The position numbers were made by a program, and so were the translations under genes. DNA of 64,000 nt from Raillietiella orientalis (taxonomy: Eukaryota). This document shows, piece by piece, positions 13,546 to 26,842 of the stretch; positions within the stretch are counted from its first letter, which is position 1; each line of letters starts with the position of its first letter. Location: positions 124,001-188,000 of the forward strand of contig JAYWIR010000038.1 of assembly GCA_036172245.1 (NCBI GenBank), read 5' to 3'. The notes under the pieces were generated by a model. It did not search any database. It saw nothing but the letters and a program-made list of their open reading frames with translations, and had not been told where the DNA came from.

Positions 13546-16500
13546 GTTAATAGCATTGGAAACGTATTAATTTTCATAATTTTTCGCGGAACACTTATTG
13601 ACTTTGCGCGGAACGTCTTCCGCGGAAGTGTTCCGCGGAAGACGGTTTGGGGAACGCTGGCCTGGACCATTCGTGCAACGCATGGGATTCTCCAAGCGAT
13701 CGGGAATTAGGGAAACCGGGACAGCAGTGCCCTACTGAAAGCTTCCTCTTAGTGTGGAAGTGTCCTTAATGAGAACAGGAGAATCAAATATTGTACAATG
13801 AATTGAAGATGGTGATCTGATGGAAGCATATTCTGCGTACAGTTATTTTGCAAAAGACGGAAAGAAATCTAGAGTGCACGAGCAGAAAACTTTTAGAGAT
13901 GCTAGCTAATTTTTGTGGATGTTTTGTTGCATTGTATGTTTGGTACAGACCTTAAGGGACAGAGATTTTTACCCACAGTATTCGTGATTCTGCGTTACGT
14001 ACAGTTTTCACACGAAAAATCTACAGTATCAAAGGATGACACGAATGCCTAGAATGCATTCTGGACATGCATGTCATCATTTGGTATAGAATAGGGAAAT
14101 GTGGGGCAAGCACAAGCAAACATTGAATAGGGTCTCACAAGGCTAGAATCCCCGGACGAGATGACCATGCTGGTTTCGAAAACCTTTTCAAGGAAATTCG
14201 CTGCGTGTGGGGCAGGCGGAATCTGAGGAAGAAGGCAGGCCGAGCAACTTAAGGAAGGAAAAAGAAAAAAAAAAAACGGAATCACCCTCTCGTGTTTAGT
14301 TCATATGGTTATGTCTTTGAGAAAATACAATTTTCTGGAGGTCCCCGAAATCCCAGAAGAGCGAAACACGAGCCTCGAATTTCCTGACCTCAAAATAAAT
14401 TCATAATAATCAACCATCTTAATCTCGTTCTGCAGACTCCGTCGTCGCCAGAGTAGGCACTTACTGTACCCGAAAGTATGCTCAAAGGTATCCGTAGATG
14501 CTTACGTTCCTTATTCAATTCGGTTCGACCACTTTTTCCATGCGTCACCCACCTTCTCTTTTCTGGAAAGTTTCGGAAGCGGAGGCACCACGAACCAACG
14601 AGTCCACGAGTGGGTTTCTCCAAGTTAAACAAACTGTCCGAAAAGTCGGCCATCCCTGTCGAACGACTCGGTTTCGTTTTTCCAGCTGAGTCAACAGGGC
14701 GACAGTTCCGTCAACGTCTGCCCTTCCCGGGCTGCGTTTCTTGGGCTGAGGGGCGGACGGTCGGCAGCGAAAAACGCGGCACCCTTCCATTCGAACGTGA
14801 GAAACTGTTTCTTCGTACGGTCTTGCCGAGCTGCTTGCGGGTACGGTGGTGGCCACACAGAGAATCAGAGACCAAAAAGGGAGAGAGCCCGTGATCAGTG
14901 GGACCAACAGGACACCTCCTTCGGCAAAGAGCACAGGCGGCAAAAGAAAAAAAAAGGATTTGCTCCCAACCCTGTTGCGGATCGCCCTTGTGTTCGTTGT
15001 GTGATTCGTTGGATTCTCCGAGTTCAGCAGTTCAGAAGAAGATGGCAGTTGCAGTGAATTTTGATTAGATTATTTGCTGAAAGTTCCATTCTGAACTCCA
15101 TCTGAAAATTCCGCCCGAGATGAGTTTATTTAGTTTACTACTTGAGGAAGTAAACCGTCAAAAGGTTCCTCCAAGAAGAAAAATTCTTCAGTCATCATTC
15201 AAGCTTTTATTACAGTAGTAGCAAAAGCAACTGTTCTTGTTCTACGTCTGAAGAAGCTACAGCTTTCCAGTAGCAAGTAACGTGTTTTAGGCTAAAGAGG
15301 TGCCACCTAGAAAAATCTTATCTAGCGGGGCAGCGGACAAAGACTTCACCACCACCTCTTCTTTCCAGTTTATGGATAAGGCCTCATCAGCCATCCACCT
15401 CGTAACGGAGGTATCCACAAAAGCATCCGGCGACAAAGTACAAAACTACACTTCCGGTTGTCGTTGTCCATACGGATTTCGGCACACTCGAGATTTGTGT
15501 GTTTCCCTTCCCAGCTTGTAAGCGCAAAACCAAAACTCCTTTTCATCTTCCCGCAGTGCTTCCCAAATCACTTCTTTTTTTGGAACAGCAGCATTCGTTC
15601 TCATCAATACAAAAGAAAAGAAAAATGAAATTTCATTAATTGTGGGGCACTGCAATTTGTTTGAAATGTTTTATGTGCATATCGTTACGTGAAGCAGTGT
15701 TAAGGTACATTTACGTGCATCCATGTATTGATTCACTCATTTACATATTTACGTTGTTTGCAAAAAGATAAGTAGATGGATCCATGTGCCTGATAAACAG
15801 TGCAGTGGATTGTGGTACGATCCCGAAGCCGCATCTAATGCTTTCTTGCAAAGCCTCCTCTGTCAATCACCGCTTGCAAATACTGTACCGTTTTCAGCTT
15901 TCAATACATCACTGCCGCATTTTGTAAAACTATACGAATACGGTTTCATTCATATTAAACACCGATCCACCCACCTGATTCATTTGAAAGATAAGCTAAC
16001 TTAACGAAAGGTTTTGATAGCTTTGTGCTTTTCCAAGGTACTAATTTACTAATCTGCTCAAAAAAAATTTCACCGCATGTTCCACCTCTGTATCTATTCA
16101 TTTATCCTTTTTTTTTTTTTTTTGTCCATATTTTCAAAATCATGGAACTTTTAATCAGAGATTGCGGTGAAAGATACAAGAATTGGGCTATCTTTATTCT
16201 TCATTCGGAATTTACTTGTTGGAAATGAGCAGTTCTTCAGCTATCATTAAATTTGAGATCTATCCTCCACCGACAGAACAATAAAAAGTTTTCACCTTAA
16301 AGAAAATTTTGAAAATTTCCGAAGACCTGACACAAACGTTTACCTTCTTCTGTGTCAGCACTGAGCAAAGGATAAAGTCAGAAGGAATCCAAAAACAAGA
16401 CGCATAAACTTGCAAAAATGAAAGATCGTAGGATTTTAAGGAATTCATTCCTCAAGAGCTTCAAATTTGTTCTACAGTGTCTTATATATTTCGCAAAATA

Positions 16501-17549
16501 TTGGAAGTGCAGGAAGTATATTGGAAAACCTACGGCAAAATTGTACTAAAACGCTGATGAAATTCACTGTGCTCATATTAATATGAGAATTCATTATACT
16601 GAATCTAGTCAGCCATAACTTGAGGTCACTTTTAACGAGTGACCACAATGAACAATGAGCAATTGTAACAATAGATGTCACTCGGAAATGACGCTTATAG
16701 ATATTTCTGAAGTAACGATTAAAATCGTTTCATGAATTTACAACCCAATTTCATACAATATTGACTTAGTTATTCCAACAGGTTCGTGTGAACCAGCATG
16801 ACAGTTTATTGCACGGGATGAATGATCGAAAAATTCTAAATTTGAATGCCATTTTTACATTCAGTTGATTTTGGAACCTATTATGTAGCTTCTATCAGAA
16901 TCGTGTAGAATTTGTTGGTTAGCGACGTATTCATATTGAGAATAATTTCGTATTAACTAAGTTTTCGAAAAAAGTCTGCGTTAAGCATTTAATTGCCGCA
17001 TCAATACCTTTACGAAAATTCAGTAGACGTTATCTCGTAGCATCTGGTAATGTTGTTGATTTAGCTTTAGGAAATGGCGTGTACTTTTGAAGGGTGATGC
17101 ATGAAGCAATGGAAACTTTGAGTTTGTGCTGTTGTTATGGTACTGGTGTTAATATAGTGTAGATACCAAAGTATGCTTAATACAGCTTAATGAAGGCCTC
17201 CTCTCAGTTATCGGATTTAATTAGCAAGTGCGTCAATAATCAGAAAAAGTAATGTTTCAAAACTATTTCTAGTTGCTTTGGCTATATCAGTATGATGTTG
17301 ATGTTAATGGATACACTTATAATTATAGAATGGGTTTCTACAATTAATTTTTTTCTATAAATTAAAGATTGCTTTAATGTATAAGGTTTTCAAATCCTTT
17401 ATTACTTGCCAACGTTTAGTTTTCTTTCTTTTTGAATGCATGCATTAAACTGAGAGGTGTATGTTAAAATTGCACACGTTCCTCTAACCGAAAAAAATTC
17501 AATGTGTTTACAGTTAGTACTTGAAAGATGTTATTATAAATGTAGGGAA

Positions 17550-20500
17550 ATGGATGTCATGTATCCTTACAGCGGTTCTGTGGAGGAATATTACCGGAAT
17601 ATCAACTACACACAGAACACAGAGAATGATAGTCGCCATGGAACCGAAGAACTGGATAGAATACCGAGCCCAATAAGCAAAAGAGATAGAGAACGGTAAA
17701 TGCACTTATGACTGGATAATGTTTCGGATGCTGTTCATGTGTGCATCATATTGTAAACAGCATGAGTTTGCAATCTGATCATGTATTTACAAATCTTTCA
17801 CAATTGTTGATATCAGAGTCCCATATGGACGTCGGCCGCTAATTTGTATCCCCCTAAACGCAGATGTTTATTAATCATAAAAATATCCCGTAATTATCAA
17901 TAGTTTTTATTTCTCAAGTATTTATAGCACATGAATATTCTCATCTTGTGGAACAGTAAATTTAAGATGTATAAGCGTATGTAGTGAATTTCTTATTTAG
18001 ACTTTATCTACATCAAGTAATTGTAAAAGATCGGTTCGGTTCAGAATCTTTTTTGTTTGTTTAATTCAGTTTTAATAAAAGTATCATGTATTTTGAATTT
18101 TCGTTGTGTAATCTGAGAACTCTCGTAATGGTTTTTCCATGTGCGCCTGGAAATTGTGAATGTAGAATTTTTTTTGTGTGCTTTTATGATTTCATTGTTT
18201 TGTTAAAATATGCATTTATGTTTCAGTGAAAGAAGAAGAGATCGCTGTTCAGATGATCGTGATCGTGATAGAGAGAGGGGAAGAAAAGATATGGATAGGT
18301 CTGATCATTTTTTCTGATGATTACTTTATTGATTACTGATCTTGCAAATCCCACTGAGCTATTGTTTCTTTGAATCATGCCAAATTGTTAGTATGGTGTC
18401 AATAGCACCCAGGGTCACATATTTTTTCCTTGCAAGACTGTTTTTATATAATGAATAAGTGGCTTATGTGTATATTTAATCTTATTTTAAAGGGAACAGT
18501 CGATAAATCCCAAAGGCATAAAAGTCTTACATATAGTTAGGAAAAGATTTGATAATAAATGTTTCTGTATTCTCAAGATTGTTGATCATTAACATTTTTG
18601 CAAAATATTTTACAAACACACAATGCTTAATCTATCTAGTGTATCCTAGGAGAGAGAGGAGTCCCAGAAGAGATAGAGAAAGAAGTCGTGAAAGAGATCG
18701 TGATCGTGATAGAGATAGAGATAGAGATCGGGAACGAAGGAGAAATCGGCGAGATGAGGAAGAACGGTGATGATTAGTGTTTTTCATTTTAAAACAAGTT
18801 ATCAGTTTGTACATGAGCTTTATTTATAAATTGTATAAAACAGGATTTCTGAAACACTGTGAGTTGACTTTATTACATTGTAGTTGTCACTCACCTTTCC
18901 TCTTGGATGAAAAAGATGTATATAAAACACAACCTCCAAATAACACAGTGATGGTTCGGGGACTTGCTCAGCACATAAACGAGAACGACGTAAGATGGAA
19001 TATAAGCAAAGTACTTAGATAAAGACTTTCCTTGCAACTCTAGATTCGTGCAGACATCCTGGCTTGCAATTTGATGCCAAGAGACATCAGGCTGATCCGG
19101 AAAAAAGATTCAGGTAAACATCTAAACAGATCCTGAGTTTGTTAAGTGCAAGAAACCTGTTTTAATGTCGATTTGTTAACATGACTATTATGTGTACAAT
19201 GCAATTATCTCTCTGAGTGTAATTATGTGTAGCAGTAGAGGTAAGGCAGGTAAGAAGCTCAGGCTCTTTTGATATACAACGAGCTGTCTATGCAAACAGT
19301 AATTGTAATAAGGGAGGTACCCAAGTACCCAAGTTATTAACAACGTCTTGTATTGATCCGTTATTCAGGTGCCTCCAGAGGCTTTGCGTTCGTCGAGTTT
19401 AACACGGTACAAGAAGCTGTTACATGGATGGAGAAGAAACAGGTAGATTTAGCAACTCCTAATGAAAAGAAAGAGCCCAGGCTCTGAAGGTCATCTGCTC
19501 CTTGGGCTTGTATTGGTATTGATCAGGATTTATTATTAGAGCAGGGGACCCCAATTTATTGTCTGGAAGTATACAGAGTAAATGATATAATCATAGGTCT
19601 GTGGGCCAAGCATGGCTGACAGTTGACATTATTTACAGTAATTCTTAAATAAAAGTAGAGATAGAGAATTAAGTTTTAAAAGAAAGGAAATCTTATCCAA
19701 AATTTAATGGATATTAAGAATGATAATTTTTATTATTTTTATTCTTTGCATTTCCATCAAAGTATGGGAAAGCATATGCTACCCTGTGACGCACTGCGCA
19801 CAGAATTAAGCATTCAATACAACGTCATAGTCTATCATTCCGGTTGGCATCCTAATAATGGTGTCATGTAAAGTCATGACAAAATCTATCTGTTGTTTCC
19901 TATTTTTAGGGTGTGCTCATCCTGCATGATCAATATCGAGCTATATTACAGTACAGTATTCCAAGAGACGGACCAAGTGATAAGTCTAGACCATTTCAGG
20001 ATTGGTTTTGTTCCAAGGTTTGTGAAATTTAAAAATGACACTTTACTAAAGAATTCCAGTGTGGTGCACACAATTTCAAACGTCGAGATAATTGTTTCAA
20101 GTGCGGAGTTTCAAGGCATGAAGCAGATTTAGGAGGAGAAGGAAGTGATGAAGTTTCACCTCACCCTACAAATAGTAAAAAATATTTGCAGAATTAGTGT
20201 TGCTAGATTTGATCATTGAATTATTTTAGCTGTTTTGCTGCGTAGTTTAGATCCAGTAATCACAGAAGAAATTGTATTACAAGCATTAACTTCAATATCA
20301 GTGTTGCCCATACGTAGTGTACGTATTGGTCGTGATCCAGTTAGCAGTGCATCCAGAGGGATATGTTTCATAGAGATGAATTCAGTAGTTGATGCCATGC
20401 ATTTATACAATTACTTGTTGACCAATCCTCCAGTTATAAATAGCAAGAAAGCACTAGTTTCTTATGCAAAGTTGCCACAATTAAATGCTGCAGCATCCCT

Positions 20501-22706
20501 TGCCAGTTCAGCCTTAGCTGCTGCACATTGGTCAAATCAACCACCTACTTATGATCCAAATAATCCCAGCAGTATTGAAGAACTTGCTGAATATAGTGCT
20601 GCTTTATATGCTCGTACTCCTGAAGAGCAAACAGCTTACAAAGAATATTATAAACAGTATTATCAGCAACAGGTAAGCTGAATTGTTTGTTTTTATGCCA
20701 AAGAAGAGCAACTGCAATTTGTAGCAATTGATTTTGTAAAAATTTAGGAAAATCATTTTCCGAACTTTAAACAAATGATGCAGTGCTATTAAATTAGAGA
20801 ATTAAGCAATTATTGGGGAATCATTTTCATTTTTGAGTAGAAACACTCCTTATGAGAGTAATGGTTGGAAGGTGTACCAACTTGTTCCCTCCTGTTGTAC
20901 TTTCTAAAAGTTCGTATTTTGCAGTTTTATTGATTCACGCAAAGCTGTAAATACAACTTGCAATTACTGAGCTTCTCGATAATTATGATTTTATTGAGAA
21001 TAGTGAACGTTAAGTAAAGTAGTAGTTTAGAAAACTATCCACAACTGTAATTTGAGGGAAAGGGTTACTGGTTTGACAAATATTTGAATGGTTACGTTTG
21101 CAAGTGTTGGACTTTGTTTTTCATGTGTTTTCAATAAACCAACATGTATCGTTGACATTTCAAGTGCGTAATGATTTAACTATGGCTGCTCACTGATTGA
21201 ATTTTTATGATTGGTTTATTAGGGAAACACTAAAACCACACCACCACCACCAACTACAAATGATGTAAATGTTGCAGCAGTTGTAGCGCAGAATGCTCTG
21301 CAAGTATTACAAGCAAAAAAAGTTGCAGCACAGGTAATGCTAATGTATTCCATGATATATGATTATATATTCCATGTATAGGAATACACACCCACTCTTA
21401 CTAATGATACAATATCTCAACAAGTTGAAGTTACAGGTAAATCCCAGGATTAATGAGTTTAGCCAATTTATTACATGGCCCTTTAGGGGTTGTGACTCCT
21501 GATGTTAGCCAGTACCAGTATGATGAAGCGTCGGGTTACTATTACGACTCACAAACTGGATTATATTATGATGTGCATTCCCAATATTTTTACAATGCAC
21601 AAACACAGCAGTTTCTATATTGGGATGTTGAGAAGCAGATGTATATACCAGTGCCAATGCAAGAGGAAAATGGACAAAGTAAAGAAAATGATTCAAAAAA
21701 AGTAAAAGATAAGAAAGAAGACAAAGTCAAAGTGGCCAAAAAAATAGCAAAGGTAATAATAAATATTTAACTTAAATGTCCAATGTGATTTTCAGGACAT
21801 GGAGCGTTGGGCCAAAACTCTGAATCAAAAAAAGGAAACAGCAAAACAGATCCAACATCAACAGCATTTGCAACAGCAGGCTAGTAATATGCTCAGCAGA
21901 GGAGCACCTGATGCAGGGTTTGCTGTCCTGGAACGAAAGGCTGCTACATTGCTAGAAAGACAACAGCAAGTGCTTCAGAGTTTGCAGCAGAAAGAAGGAG
22001 AAGAAAAGATGGAAGTATGTATTAGAACATTGTTTTAGATTTTGTATTTCGGTTATCTTAGATTGAAGAAAGCGGATTGGTGGCTGCATATGGAGGGGGT
22101 AGTGACAGTGAGGATGAAGGAGGGGAAGGTCAAGAAGATCGATTGACAGACTGGAATAAACTGGCATGTCTGCTTTGCAAGCGACAGTTTCCTAGCAAAG
22201 AGGCGCTTACGAGGCATCAACAACTCTCTGACTTACATAAACAAAATCTAGAAGTATGGCACTGCCAAAGACAGTCAGAAGATGCTGAAAAAAGAATGTA
22301 TCGTGATAGAGCTAAAGAAAGGAGGCAGAAGTACGGGGAACCAGAACCACCTCAACCTAACAAGTTAAAAGTAAGAAACTTGTCTCGGAATTTTTAAAAT
22401 TACTTTTTACAGGAAAAGTACCTAAAAGCAGTGGAAGAAGCAAGTTCTTCAACTTACAGTGATCCAAAGCCTGCAATTGGATCTGATAATATTGGTAGCA
22501 AGTTGCTTCAAAAAATGGGCTGGTCTGAAGGGCAAGGACTTGGAAGAAGCAATCAAGGACGTACAACTATAATTGAACCAGAAAGGAGAGCAGCTACTGT
22601 TGGCTTAGGTGTGAAGTCTGGTGTGTATAGTGCAGTTGGTGACAGTTACAAAGACACAGTCAAGAAATTAACTGTTGCAAGGTTTAATGAATTGTTCAAT
22701 AGTTGA
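17550..22706 (+). CDS. RBM5: RBM5/RBM10-family splicing regulator, 15 coding exons (17550-17695, 18227-18298, 18650-18766, 18884-18989, 19044-19113, 19369-19442, 19910-20017, 20060-20174, 20230-20672, 21223-21333, 21382-21436, 21487-21752, 21796-22014, 22062-22370, 22413-22706)
   Basis: Phase-consistent GT-AG exons encode an RD/RS-rich N-terminus, RRM1 (NTVMVRGL...SRGFAFVEF), RanBP2 zinc finger ([21 protein letters not shown]), RRM2 (SRGICFIEM), OCRE ([12 protein letters not shown]), KIAKDMERWAK, C2H2 finger ([13 protein letters not shown]...HQQLSDLH) and G-patch ([19 protein letters not shown]). RBM5 versus RBM10 orthology cannot be separated by eye; the start exon is least certain. Confidence 0.93.
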
Positions 22707-22793
22707 TAAGCAGTTGAAACTGAAAGTTCAGTAACAGCACATATGATTTTTTGTAAAGGCTACATTTATTTCCATCTAATTGTACATGTTGAT

Positions 22794-24913
22794 TTATGGT
22801 AAAATACCATTCCTAAAAAACAACTTATAATACAAGTGCTTTTTTTCCCTCCAGCTTACTTGAATAAAAAATCTCGAACATCAGAAGCAAAAAAATCATC
22901 ACCAAATACTTGATGCAAGCTGACAAAGTTTCCGATCAGTGACCCATTTCTGTAAACTAATAGTGCAGGAATTCCATTCTTTTTCTAAACAATTTTAAAT
23001 GCTTTTGTTGCATCGATTCAAACATACGAAATTGAAAGTCATTCCTGCTACAGATGCCCTGAGTTTGCAGAATTTGAGTGAACGGAATTCTGAAGCCAAT
23101 GAAATCAAACATCCATTCATTGCTTCACAACTGAGCATGTTCTGCTTGTAAAAGTTTAAAACTAGAATTGTGCATATGTAACTTACATTTTCGTACAAGT
23201 GAATTATTACTGTTTGGTTCTGGCAGTCAATGATTTCAAGAAATTCATCAGGTGTCTTCAGTTCATGAACTCCTGCTATTCTGTTTAAGTGAAAACAAGT
23301 TATTAAAATTAGTATCTTTAAAGGAAAAAATATATTCTTTAGGTTTGGAGGATCTTACAACATCCCATGAATTTCAGTGATAAAATTTCAGTAATCTAGA
23401 ATTATCCACTTACTTACTATCTTGAAATACAGTTGCTTTATCTTTAAGAGCAGGAGAGAACTGATGATCGGATTAATCATGGTGGTGATATAATTAGTCA
23501 CTTACTCCAAATGGATGCCCCTTGTTTCCCTTTTCTGAAGTCTCCAGCTCACCATTTTCCCCACTACGTTTGTGAGTTTTTGTGAAACTCTTCCAGTCGT
23601 TTATAACACCCTTTGGTCCTGTCTATAAGCACAACAGCTCAATTGTTTTGCAGGCTCGATAACTTGTTTCACAATATGGTTTTACTATGTAACTAATTTC
23701 AGTGACCATGCATGCTTAGAAGAAAACTAACATTTCACATCTCGAACCCAAAGCTGCTTTCGCAAATTTCCTCAATCAAAACAATAATAAATCTTTTTAA
23801 TAATTAATATCTGAAGTATATGAAAAAAACCATCGTGTGTATGACATTTGGTTCGAAATTCAAGTTTACACCAAAGACTTTGAAATAATGTAAATGCACT
23901 GATGACAGGATGAATGAATCTGCTGTACAGATACTGAGCAATGTGTAGAAAATACTGTTTTACCAAATACAGGAATTTCGAACTTTGCCCAATGCATGCA
24001 TTGCCATCAAATTAAGCTGGGTCATAAGAAATATTCAAATGACTTTCAATAATCAGCAGCACATACCTTCATGGCATAAAGAAACCAGGATTACGGAAAT
24101 GGTTAATAAGAACACAAGATACAAAGGTTATTAAGAATGAAACTGTTAATGACAGTACGGGGGTAAGGTTAAGGAAATGCTGAGTAAGCTGGAGGGAATG
24201 GTGCCCCACTTTTGGGGGGGAACCATTCTTACAAATCGGATTCCAACTCGATCCGCAATGTACCAGTGTTCACATTTTACTGTACTTATATTTATTCAGC
24301 ACCTATGAACATCTATCAACTATGCTTAATGCGGCAAGTTTAATAAGTTAATGTAGTACCATAACACCTTCATTATTATCTTTCCTCCGTAAGGATGACC
24401 TATCCTGATTTAGTGTCACTGCCTGCATTAATCAAAAAGAAAAAAGTAGGCACGCATAAACAAAAACACATATTAAACTAAAAATTAAAGCTGCACCAAA
24501 TCTCAAAACCTATACACACAAGTGAACATTTCATGATACACTGCTTTGAGTTTAGTGAGGTCACAGGCATGCAAGCACATACAAGACGGACCACCAAACA
24601 TTAATCAACAGATTAACTTCTACATCTACATACTCCGATAATGATACTTGTCACACGACAGATACATACACAAGAACCTCACGGTAAATGAATCATGTTT
24701 ATTTAATTTTTGCTTTTACAAACACAAGCTCATGAGTCTTTAAATATGTATTACATTTGTACTTTGAAAATTCCGTCGGTTAATTCTCCAGGTATGCTTG
24801 TGTCTGTTGACTGAATGCTCGATTGCATCTTCATCACTGCTCTCGCTACTGCTACTGCTGCTACAATAATAATGCCGTTTTTCTCCTAGCAAACGATCGT
24901 CGAGCGTGGCCAT
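22794..24913 (-). CDS. PDCL: Phosducin-like protein 1 (PhLP1), 7 coding exons (24913-24755, 23622-23506, 23460-23414, 23280-23187, 23144-23028, 22984-22860, 22812-22794)
   Basis: Starts MATLDDRLLGEKRHYYCSSSSSESSDED (remembered PhLP1: MTTLDDKLLGEK..YYYSSSE). Contains the diagnostic NTGPKGVINDW and a thioredoxin-like domain (VIIHLYE...CEAMNGCLISLA...KFCK...GIPALLVYRNGSLIGNFV...GDDFFASDV..FL..NGILP*). Splice phases are consistent. Largely missed by the ORF track. Confidence 0.9.
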
Positions 24914-26812
24914 ACCGCCACAACGCGTAGCACCAACTACCTATCGGTACTGGGAGAAACTAACCACAAGTGTTGCCAAGGCACCCACATTCTAGACGTC
25001 GCACGGAAATTGCCTGCAGTATTGATATTAACAAATTACTCTTTAATAGGCCATATTTCCTTATAAATTGACCGTGCTTCAAAATTTCATAAAGCTTCAT
25101 TACCTAATGAAAGAGAATATCTGTCAAGTATCTATTCACTGGACTGTTTTAAAACTTTCGAATGGTAATTGCAATGCGTCAAAAATCGAGCAAAAATTTG
25201 TTATCAAAAAGAAACCCTAAGTGCTTCAAGGGAATGGAAAAGACTTACGTGGACGAGCAAACGATATACGTATTCTCATCTTCATGGTGCTAATTCCCTA
25301 TAATTTTACGAGAAAGTTTGGAGTCTTCCCCATATTTTTTACACGTTGCTCCAGAAAAAAAGGGGGATTGATCAGCGCCTCCTGGAACAATACTTTCCTA
25401 TAAAAAAAAAAAAGAGTCAATTCTTGTTTCCCCATCTTAAGTAAATTGCCCAAACGAAGTCTAAAAATTACTTAATATGAACAGTGTGCGAGAAGCGTGC
25501 TTTCAAAATTCAAAAATTGATACACAAATCAGTATTTTTTTTTTGGCCTAATCGAATCAAGCACGTATCGTGGCATTTTTTAATCTCTAAAAAAGTGCCA
25601 TATTTGAAAAGGGACTGCCCTTTGTTCTTCCTATATTAAAAATATCAGACAGTCTGACAACAAGTAGCTCTGCTGCATCTCGCAGTAAGCATCGGCTCTC
25701 TAGGGTTTTTTCTTGTGTGTGTGTGCAACAGCATAAAACAATAACAAATTGAATCTCAAAAACAGACGATCAAATAGAGTTTGCATAACGATTTATCGCA
25801 TCCGTCTATGCTTCCTCTTTTATGTTTTTGTTTTTTACACTTTTGGAACTTTGCGGATCTTTGCACTCGAAAGATGAAAGACTCAAGTTAATCTTCACGA
25901 GTGGTTGGTTTCATTTAGCTTTTTTAATTCTGGGATGCTATTTTTCAGGGTTTATTCAGTGTGAGATTTAATTGCACAAAATTCCTAAACATTTTATGAA
26001 AACTTACGTCTTCAGTCTTCGATTTCCCTTCACATGACTCCTACTCTTGATTTTCATAATTTCTGCTCCCCAGCTTTAGGAATTGTTTTTTTATGGATAG
26101 AAACGTCAGAATGGCATTCTATCGATAAGAACTATTCTCAAATGGAGAAAAATCAGAATTCCATCTGCAGTTCAAGTTCGAAACAACTAGAAGTAGACTT
26201 TAGTTAGTTTTTAGTAAGCTTATCACTGTCTTTCCTCGGAAAGCAAACAGTCATTTAGTTTTCCGTAGAACAGTCTTTACTCTGACTCCATCCCAAATAT
26301 TGAACCTTTTTCCGAAGACAAAAGCGCAAATTCCTAAGCACTACCAAAAAGTGGATTCCTCACACTTCGGTCTTGAAGAAACTCGCGCGCCACTGATTTT
26401 TTCTCTGAAGAAACAAAGAACTTGCCAGTGAGACTAATGATGATGTATGGATGCACAATGTGTTAACGGAAAGTCTGTTCAAGGCAACAGAAACGACTTT
26501 AAAATGCCATCTCTGCTCTACAGGAGCTCAAGGACCTGAAGAAAATTTGCACCCAAACGTCCTTTCCGATTTCCAGTTGTCTTTCTGGCAGAAGTCACTT
26601 TGCGGTACAAATGCGGTGATTTGTTACACCAACACAGAATTAAAGTCATCTAAAATTTAGAGTTTCTGGAAATCTGGGGCACTCCTGTTGCTTCTACTGT
26701 ATAGTCTGTTCTTAGTCGAATGTAAGCAGTTCTTTTTCGAATGGGAAAGCTGTCGCCATTATCGTATTGCCTTCTATCTGTACTCCGGCAAACGTTAGAA
26801 TTCCACTGAAAG

Positions 26813-26842
26813 ATTCTAGCATCTACCTTTAGATGCTAGAAT
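26813..26842. repeat. Perfect 13-bp inverted repeat with 4-nt loop
   Basis: attctagcatcta-cctt-tagatgctagaat. Confidence 0.8.

Noticed and set aside
18690..18730. (GATAGA/GATCGT)n microsatellite
   Set aside because: It is the coding Arg-Asp dipeptide repeat of RBM5 exon 3.
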